A stretch of 32,000 nt of DNA from Haloferax volcanii DS2 (lineage in GTDB: Archaea > Halobacteriota > Halobacteria > Halobacteriales > Haloferacaceae): contig NC_013964.1 in assembly GCF_000025685.1 (NCBI RefSeq), forward strand, positions 360,001 through 392,000, written 5' to 3'. The position numbers and the translations under genes were made by a program. The notes beneath the pieces are model-generated. The model searched no databases, was not told the origin of the DNA, and was given only the letters and a program-made list of their open reading frames with translations. Of this stretch, positions 25,508 through 31,652 are shown in pieces. Numbering within the stretch: the stretch's first letter is position 1; every line of letters begins with the position of its first letter.

Positions 25508-26619
25508 GCGCCGACCCCCTGCTCCGCGTCGACGACCTGAGCGTCCACTTCGGCGGCAACCAAGGCATCCTCGACCGCTTCCTCGGTGACGACAAAGGCG
25601 TCGTCCGCGCCGTCGACAACGTCTCGCTCGACATCGGCGAGAACGACGTGGTCGCGCTCGTCGGCGAGTCCGGCTGCGGCAAGACGACGCTCGGAAAGGC
25701 CATGATCGGCCTCCAGCGCCCCACCTCGGGGACGGTCCGCTTCCGCGGACAGGACATCTGGAAGTCCGACCTCGAACCCGGCGACATCCCGTACAAGGAG
25801 ATTCGGAAGTCGCTCCAGATGGTCCACCAGGACGCCGGGAACTCGCTGGACCCCAACCGGACGATATTCAAGAACCTCAACCCGGCGCTGAAGAAGTGGC
25901 GGCCGGAACTCAACCTCGTCGAGCGCCGGGAGCTCGTCCACCAGATGCTCGACACGGTCGGGCTCACGCCCGCAGACGACTACGCCTCTCGGTACCCCCA
26001 CCAACTGAGCGGTGGGGAGGCCCAGCGGACCGTCATCGTCCGGTCGATGCTCCTCGAACCCGACCTCATCCTCGCCGACGAGGCCGTGAGCGCCCTCGAC
26101 GTGTCGCTGCGGGTGAACCTGATGGACCTCCTCCTCGAACTGCAGGAGATGTTCAGCACCTCGTTCGTTTTCATCTCGCACAACATGGCGAACGCCCGGT
26201 ACCTCGCCGGTCGCGCCGACGGCCGCATCGCCGTCATGTACCTCGGCCGCATCGTCGAAATCGGCCCGGCGGACGAGATTATCAAGAACCCCCAGCACCC
26301 GTACACCAAGAGCCTCCTGTGGGCGACCTCCGGTCTCTCGGAGATAAACGACCCCATCGAGACGCCGCCGGTCAGGAAAATCGACATCCCGGACCCGGAG
26401 AACCCGCCGAGCGGCTGTCGGTTCCACACCCGCTGTCCCGAGGCGCGGGAGTACTGCACGTCGAACACGCCCGACCTCTCCGGCATGAGCGGCCCGTCGG
26501 ACCGCCACGAGGCGGCCTGCTTCGACGCGCACGACAGAATCGACTACCGGAACAGCGAGCCAATCACCGACGACCTCGACATCGACGTCGCGGACGACGC
26601 GGAACAGCCGGCCGACTGA
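25504..26619 (+). CDS. ABC transporter ATP-binding protein (OppF/DppF-like)
   Basis: ATG 25504 overlaps the upstream stop (ATGA). Walker A GESGCGKTT, signature LSGGEAQR, Walker B LILADEAVSALD, and a C-terminal CRFHTRCPEAREYC...AACF motif. The 44 extra N-terminal codons in the track ORF overlap the previous gene out of frame. Confidence 0.9.
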   Translation: MSADPLLRVDDLSVHFGGNQGILDRFLGDDKGVVRAVDNVSLDIGENDVVALVGESGCGKTTLGKAMIGLQRPTSGTVRFRGQDIWKSDLEPGDIPYKEIRKSLQMVHQDAGNSLDPNRTIFKNLNPALKKWRPELNLVERRELVHQMLDTVGLTPADDYASRYPHQLSGGEAQRTVIVRSMLLEPDLILADEAVSALDVSLRVNLMDLLLELQEMFSTSFVFISHNMANARYLAGRADGRIAVMYLGRIVEIGPADEIIKNPQHPYTKSLLWATSGLSEINDPIETPPVRKIDIPDPENPPSGCRFHTRCPEAREYCTSNTPDLSGMSGPSDRHEAACFDAHDRIDYRNSEPITDDLDIDVADDAEQPAD

Positions 26620-26686
26620 AAGAGAAACCTCGATTCGGACCGTCGTTCAGACGCCGTCGCCAACACCGAAACCGGTACCGGCACCG

Positions 26687-26766
26687 ACACCTGTTTTCGC
26701 TCCCGCACTGACGCCCGTTTTCACTCCCGCACCGATTCCTGCGTTCACTCCCGAATTCACTCCGCG
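26687..26766. repeat. degenerate 24-nt tandem repeat (about 3.5 copies, core TTC(A/G)CTCCCG)
   Basis: Units are acacctgttttcgctcccgcactg (26687-26710), acgcccgttttcactcccgcaccg (26711-26734), attcctgcgttcactcccgaat (26735-26756) and tcactccgcg (26757-26766). Units 1 and 2 share 20/24 positions by hand alignment. The last unit contains the stop codon of the Gfo paralog-3 gene. Confidence 0.7.
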
Positions 26767-27875
26767 TCGCCCGCCGGGCCGAGGTCAGTCGGGAAGCCGT
26801 TGGGGACCGACGGCGGACGCTCGCACTGCGCCGAAAGTTCGACGTACGCGCCCTCCTCGGCGGACTCGCGGATGCCGTCCATCGCTTCGAGGACGTGGAA
26901 CCCGAGGTCGCCGCTGGTCCGGTGGTCCCAGTCGGAGTCGAGCGAGTACGCGAGGTCGACGAGGCCGAGACCGCGCTGTTGGCCGGGGTGGTCGCGCTCG
27001 ACGGAAATCTCGCGCCACTCGCCGCCGTCGTCGCTGAGGTGGACGCGGGGCGTCCCGTCGAACCGGTTGGGGTCGGTGACGCTCAGCGTCCCCTCGGTGC
27101 CGTATATCTCGAATCCCGGTAGTTCTGACCCCCACACGTCGAAGCTCGTCAGGAGCGTCCCCGTCGCGCCGCTTTCGAAGGTCACGACGGCCGTCTCGTG
27201 GGTCGGCACCGACACCGGAATCCGCTCGCCGCGGCGCGGTTCACTCGTTATCTCGCGCTCTGCGAACGGCGTGTTCGCGGTCCCGGCGACCGACCGAATC
27301 GGGCCGAGGAGCGTCACGAGCGACGTGAGATAGTACGGCCCCATGTCGAAAAGCGGACCGCCGCCTTCCGCGTAGAAGCCGTCGGGGTCCGGGTGCCAGT
27401 GCTCGTGGCCGTGGTTCGACCAGAACGCCGTCGCGCCGACGGGGTCGCCGATGCGGCCCTCGTCGATGAGGTCGCGACAGGTCTGGATTCCGGTGCCGAG
27501 AACGGTGTCGGGCGCGACGCCGACGGTCAGTCCGCGCTCGTCGGCGGTCTCCAGAATCGCCTCGCCTTCGGCCTTGGTCGCCGCGAGCGGCTTTTCGGTG
27601 TAGGCGTGCTTGCCCGCTCGGAGGGCAGCGGACACGAGGTCGCCGTGGGTGCCCGCCGGCGTGAGCACGACCGCCACGTCGATTACGGGGTCGGCGAGCA
27701 GGTCCTCCGTCGCGAGGACGCGAGGCACGCCGTACTCGTCCGCCTTCGCCTCCGCGCGGTCCGCGTCGAGGTCGGCGCAGGCGGCGATGTCGAGGGCATC
27801 GAAGCGGTTCCCCGCCTCGAAGTAGACATCGCTGATAGCTCCACAACCGATGATACCGAGAGTCACGCGCTCCAT
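26757..27875 (-). CDS. Gfo/Idh/MocA-family oxidoreductase (paralog 3)
   Basis: 372 aa. LGIIGCGAISDVY Rossmann motif, AGKHAYTEKPLA (EKP motif), and GGGPLFDMGPYYLTSLVTLLGP in the C-terminal domain. Confidence 0.85.
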   Translation of the reverse strand: MERVTLGIIGCGAISDVYFEAGNRFDALDIAACADLDADRAEAKADEYGVPRVLATEDLLADPVIDVAVVLTPAGTHGDLVSAALRAGKHAYTEKPLAATKAEGEAILETADERGLTVGVAPDTVLGTGIQTCRDLIDEGRIGDPVGATAFWSNHGHEHWHPDPDGFYAEGGGPLFDMGPYYLTSLVTLLGPIRSVAGTANTPFAEREITSEPRRGERIPVSVPTHETAVVTFESGATGTLLTSFDVWGSELPGFEIYGTEGTLSVTDPNRFDGTPRVHLSDDGGEWREISVERDHPGQQRGLGLVDLAYSLDSDWDHRTSGDLGFHVLEAMDGIRESAEEGAYVELSAQCERPPSVPNGFPTDLGPAGDAE

Positions 27876-27953
27876 ACCGGGGCGACGCGGGAGAGGCCCA
27901 AATAGCTGTTGCCGGGCGCGGGCGCGAAGGGGTCGTCGGTCAGGGAAGCGCGC

Positions 27954-28988
27954 TCAGTCGTCCGCGTCTTCGAGGTTGCCGAGGCCGCCGATAGACGACA
28001 CCGACACCCACTCGCCGCGGCTGTCCGATACCTCGGCGGCGAAGACGATGTCCAGTCCTTTTCTGGCCGCAGCGGGTGAGACCATCGGCGGTCGCCCCTC
28101 GGAAACGGCCGCGACGAAGTCGCGTATCTGGGCGACGTGCGGGCCGTCGGGGCGGGGTTCGGGGAGTTCAACGGGCTGTTGTTCCCCGTTCACTTCGAAC
28201 AGTTCGACGCCCGTCTCAGTGACACGAAGCGTCCCCTCGGTTCCGTTGAATTCGAGGCTGATGGGCTGTTGGGGCCGCGTCGCCGTCGTCGCCGACACCT
28301 GCCCGAGCGCGCCGCCCTCGAATCGGAGGGAGAGCGCGGCCGTGTCGGGGGCGTCGATGTCGTGGTACAGCGCGTCGCCGGTGCCCGCGACCCGTGACAC
28401 GTCGCCCGCGACCCACTGGAGCAGGTCGATGCCGTGGAGCGCCTGCGTGAACAAGACGCCGCCGTCGAGGTCCGCGCTCCCGTGCCACGAAGACACGTCG
28501 TAGTACGAGCGGTCGCGGTGCCACTTCACCCGCACGTCGGCGAACACGAGTCGTCCGAGCCGGCCATCGCGGACCATCTCGCGGGCGAACTGCATCGTGG
28601 GGAACAGCCGCCGTTGGAGGATACAGGCGAGGGTGACGCCCGCGTCGCGGCAGGCGGCGACCATGTCGTCGACACGGTCGGGCGTGATTTCCAGCGGCTT
28701 CTCGCAGAGCACGTCGATGCCGTCTGCCGCGGCGTCGACGACGATGTCGCGGTGGGCACCGTTGGGCGTGCAGACGCAGACGGCGTCGAGGTCGGCGTCG
28801 GCTAACAGGGCGGCGTGGTCGGTGTACGACGGACAGCCGTATGTCTCACCGAACGAACGAGCGGTCTCCGCGGTGTGGTCGGCGCAGCCGACGAGGTCCG
28901 CGCCGTCGACGGCGGCGAGCGCTTCGGCGTGGGACCGGCCCATGCTCGAACAGCCGACGATACCGACCCGAACCGGCGTCTCGGTCAT
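27954..28988 (-). CDS. Gfo/Idh/MocA-family oxidoreductase (paralog 4)
   Basis: 344 aa. VGIVGCSSMGRSH, IDVLCEKPLE (EKP motif), and DGGVLFTQALHGIDLLQWV. Confidence 0.85.
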   Translation of the reverse strand: MTETPVRVGIVGCSSMGRSHAEALAAVDGADLVGCADHTAETARSFGETYGCPSYTDHAALLADADLDAVCVCTPNGAHRDIVVDAAADGIDVLCEKPLEITPDRVDDMVAACRDAGVTLACILQRRLFPTMQFAREMVRDGRLGRLVFADVRVKWHRDRSYYDVSSWHGSADLDGGVLFTQALHGIDLLQWVAGDVSRVAGTGDALYHDIDAPDTAALSLRFEGGALGQVSATTATRPQQPISLEFNGTEGTLRVTETGVELFEVNGEQQPVELPEPRPDGPHVAQIRDFVAAVSEGRPPMVSPAAARKGLDIVFAAEVSDSRGEWVSVSSIGGLGNLEDADD

Positions 28989-29120
28989 CGGCGCTCACCG
29001 TCGGACGAGAGAGTGGCTGTGACTGTGACTGTAGGCGTCATCGATTCGAACGTCAGCGGGCGGCGTGATAAGCGTTTACGAGCGGGGGTCGGGGTCGCGC
29101 AGTCGTGCGGTCGCGCGGCC

Positions 29121-30389
29121 TCACTCGGGCGAGAAGCTCTCGGTGAGCGTCCGCCCGACGAGTCCGGCGGCGACGAACGCGAGGACGCTGGTGCAGACGA
29201 ACGCCGTGGCGTAGTCGAACCGGGTGGCGAGCACGCCGACGAGAAGCGGTCCGAGAACGCCGCCGAGACCGCGGGCGGTCGAGCGAAGTCCCATCAGTTC
29301 GGACTCGCGGTCGACCGGGGCCACGTCGGCGACGAAGGCGATAGTGCCCACGGTGAGCATGGAGAACGTCACCGCGTGGACGACGAAGGCGGTGCTGCTG
29401 ATACCGATGCGGGCGAGCTGCCCGTCGGGGACGAGCGCGAGCACGACGACGAGCGCCTGCACGCCGCTGCCGGCGAGTCCGCCCACGATGAGCTTCTTCC
29501 GGCCGATGCTGTCGCTCAGGCGACCGAAGCTGTACATCGAGACGACTCGGACCGCGGGACTGACCGCGAGCACGGCACCCATGACGACGTTCGAGAGCCC
29601 CACGTCGGCGACGAGGAACACCGGAACGACCGAGATGAAGCCCTTCTCGGTCATGTTCCGGAGGACGATACCGACGTACAGCCAGCCGAGTCCGGTCCGC
29701 TCGAACAGTTCCCGCCGCGCGCCGCCGGGGAGGAGTCGCCCGCGGACTTCCCCAAGGAGTCGACCCGTGGTCAGCGTCTCTTCCGACGGCGGCGTCGGGT
29801 CGGCGATGCGGAGCGTGAGGAGCGTCGCCACGAGGCCGAGGCCGACGACGACGAGATAGAGGTCGGTCGGCACGAGCAGGCCGACGAGATAGCCGACGAA
29901 CAGCCGACCGCTGATAGCCCCGCTAGAGCGGGCGCTACTGTAGAAACCGATGGAACGTCCGCGCTCCGACTCGCCGCCCGACTCGCTCACGATGGTGAGA
30001 ATCACCGACTGGAAGCCGGCGGTGAACACCGCGAAGAGGCCACGACAGGCGATTTGGAGCGGGACCGAGGCGGTCACGGTCAGCGGGGCGATGGCGAGCG
30101 TCGAGAGGAACGCGGTCCCGATGAGTATCGCTCGCCGCCGACCCGTGATGTCGGCGATTGCGCCCCAGACCGGGGCGAACACGAACAGTCCGAAGGAGAA
30201 CGCCGCGTACGCGAGGCTCACCGCGAACGGCGACCCCTGTTCTCCGATGTAGAGCGCCATCGCCGTGCCGAAGAGCGACCCACACGCGACGCGAGAGATA
30301 CCGATGAGCGCGAGTGCGCTCCGCTGCCCTCGACTCGCTGGTCGAGCCTGCTGATTGACTACCACTACGACTCGGTGTGACACTACCAC
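29121..30389 (-). CDS. MFS transporter
   Basis: About 12 hydrophobic segments. MFS motif A appears in both halves (GAIADITGRRRAILIG; GRLSDSIGRKKLIVGG). No in-frame ATG before TM1, so a GTG start is needed: 30389 is the longest, and 30365 fits better 27-32 nt downstream of the TATA-like element at 30392-30397. Confidence 0.8.
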   Translation of the reverse strand: MVVSHRVVVVVNQQARPASRGQRSALALIGISRVACGSLFGTAMALYIGEQGSPFAVSLAYAAFSFGLFVFAPVWGAIADITGRRRAILIGTAFLSTLAIAPLTVTASVPLQIACRGLFAVFTAGFQSVILTIVSESGGESERGRSIGFYSSARSSGAISGRLFVGYLVGLLVPTDLYLVVVGLGLVATLLTLRIADPTPPSEETLTTGRLLGEVRGRLLPGGARRELFERTGLGWLYVGIVLRNMTEKGFISVVPVFLVADVGLSNVVMGAVLAVSPAVRVVSMYSFGRLSDSIGRKKLIVGGLAGSGVQALVVVLALVPDGQLARIGISSTAFVVHAVTFSMLTVGTIAFVADVAPVDRESELMGLRSTARGLGGVLGPLLVGVLATRFDYATAFVCTSVLAFVAAGLVGRTLTESFSPE

Positions 30390-30455
30390 CCAATAAAGAT
30401 TGGCGAGCCGGAAGGCGATGCGCCGAGGACGGCGGCGCGAGACTCGATGCGACCG

Positions 30456-31343
30456 TCAGGTCGACGGGCCGGCGCGGGCGATGGAGAACTCCGTGAGTCC
30501 GTGTCGCTCGGCGCACGTCCGGTCGCCGTCGGCGACGGCGAGAAGATACGCTTCGAGGTCGTCCGCGTCGGTCTCGCGGGCGTCGAGGTCGATATCGTCG
30601 GGGACGGCCGCGAGCGTGTCCGCGTCGCCCGAGAGTTTCACCACCGGAACGATGGGATGGCCGGCGGGCGTCCCCTGTCCCGTGACGTGGAGGACGAGGT
30701 GCGCGCCCGCGGCGGCGAGGCCGGTCGCGGCCTCCTCGACCCGAGAGGGCGCGTCGAGCAGCGTCACCGCGCCGGCGGCGGCATCGGCAGCGTCCGTTTC
30801 ATCGACTCGTTGGCCGTACGCCGCGACTCCCGTGACCGGCGCGTTGCCGAGGAATCCCGTCGCCGCGTCGAATCCACGGGCCGCCGCCTCCGTTCCGATG
30901 CGCGTCGCCCTCGCGGGGCGGCCCGCCGCGTCGAGCAGTCGGTCGGCGTGCCGTCTGGTCGAGTCCGCGAGGTCGTCGACGACGACGCCGACCGTGAGGT
31001 CACCGAGGGTCGCCGTCTGTTCGTCGGCTGTCGCGGTCGCCCCGTCCGTCCCCTGAGCGGCGGCCGACTCCCGGAGGTCGGCGACGGCGGCCGTGCCGCG
31101 GTCGACGCAAGCGTCGGTCCCCCCGGCGTCCTGTATCGTGAGTTCGCGGACTGGAAGCCCGCGTTCTTCGACCGCCGCGGCGACGACGTCGCTCCGGACC
31201 GTCTCGCAGCCGAGGCCGACGACGACCGTACCCGCGACGTTCGGGTTCCCGGCGAGGCCGACGAGCGTCCGTTCGGTCGGGTCGGCGGTGGCCCGCGAAC
31301 GAGTCTGGGGTGACTCGGCGGCGGTCCGGGTGTGGGTTCCGGG
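30456..31343 (-). pseudogene. UxaA/GarD-family-like ORF without a start codon (possible pseudogene, or 3' part of a recoded SAF-UxaA fusion)
   Basis: My hand translation of the minus strand from 31343 gives PGTHTRTAAESPQTRSRATADPTERTLVGLAGNPNVAGTVVVGLGCETV... and runs into the track ORF MTLLDAPSRVEEAATGLAAAGAHLVLHVTGQGTPAGHPIVPVVKLSGD... The GNPNV..VVVGLGCE and VTGQGTP...PVVK motifs are UxaA/GarD-like. GC3 is high. There is no ATG, GTG or TTG in frame for 192 codons (31343-30768). The frame equals that of the upstream SAF ORF, separated only by TGA at 31344-31346. Confidence 0.5.
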
Positions 31344-31652
31344 TCATCGCTCCACCTCCGCCGCCACGTCGCCGCGGCCGCGGGTGCTCTCGCAATTGTG
31401 CGTGTGGACCCACTCACCGGCCGCGACAGCCGCCGTGGTCCGCCCGATGACCTCACCGTACTTGCGGACCGTCTCGCCGGCCGGCAGCGGGTCGAGGGCG
31501 AACTTGTGGCCGAACGGAACGTCGTCCGCGAGCGTCACCGTCCGGTCTCCGTCGCGGACCTCGCGCCCGTCGTCGAGGTCTCCGAGCGCCGTCGCCACGC
31601 TGTCGCCGTCGGCCAGCACGAGGGCGGCCCCGTCGAGGACGCGGCCCTTCAT
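31344..31652 (-). CDS. SAF-domain protein (UxaA/altronate-galactarate dehydratase N-terminal/small-subunit type)
   Basis: 102 aa from ATG 31652, which overlaps the upstream stop (ATGA). Sequence is MKGRVLDGAALVLADGDSVATALGDL...VPFGHKFALDPLPAGETVRKYGEVIGRTTAAVAAGEWVHTHN. The GHKFA and VHTHN motifs are typical of the UxaA SAF domain. Confidence 0.75.
   Translation of the reverse strand: MKGRVLDGAALVLADGDSVATALGDLDDGREVRDGDRTVTLADDVPFGHKFALDPLPAGETVRKYGEVIGRTTAAVAAGEWVHTHNCESTRGRGDVAAEVER

Noticed and set aside
26687-26766. The 24-nt tandem repeats as a CRISPR array.
   Set aside because: The units are directly adjacent with no spacers, there are only about 3.5 degenerate copies, the repeat has no internal palindrome, and no cas genes are present in the window.
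31344-31346. The in-frame TGA as a selenocysteine codon.
   Set aside because: Established knowledge places archaeal Sec decoding in methanogen lineages (and some Asgard-type genomes), not Halobacteria. The position is a linker rather than a redox-active site, and I cannot identify a SECIS-like structure by eye. Pseudogene, sequencing error or another recoding mechanism is more plausible.
31000-31413. A frame opened by the ATG at 31345-31347 (ATGA overlap with the SAF stop) as the true start of the downstream UxaA-like gene.
   Set aside because: That frame translates to MTRNPHPDRRRVTPDSFAGHRRPDRTDARRPRRE..., arginine-rich with no UxaA similarity, and terminates near 31000. The UxaA-like motifs are in the other frame, the same one as the SAF ORF.
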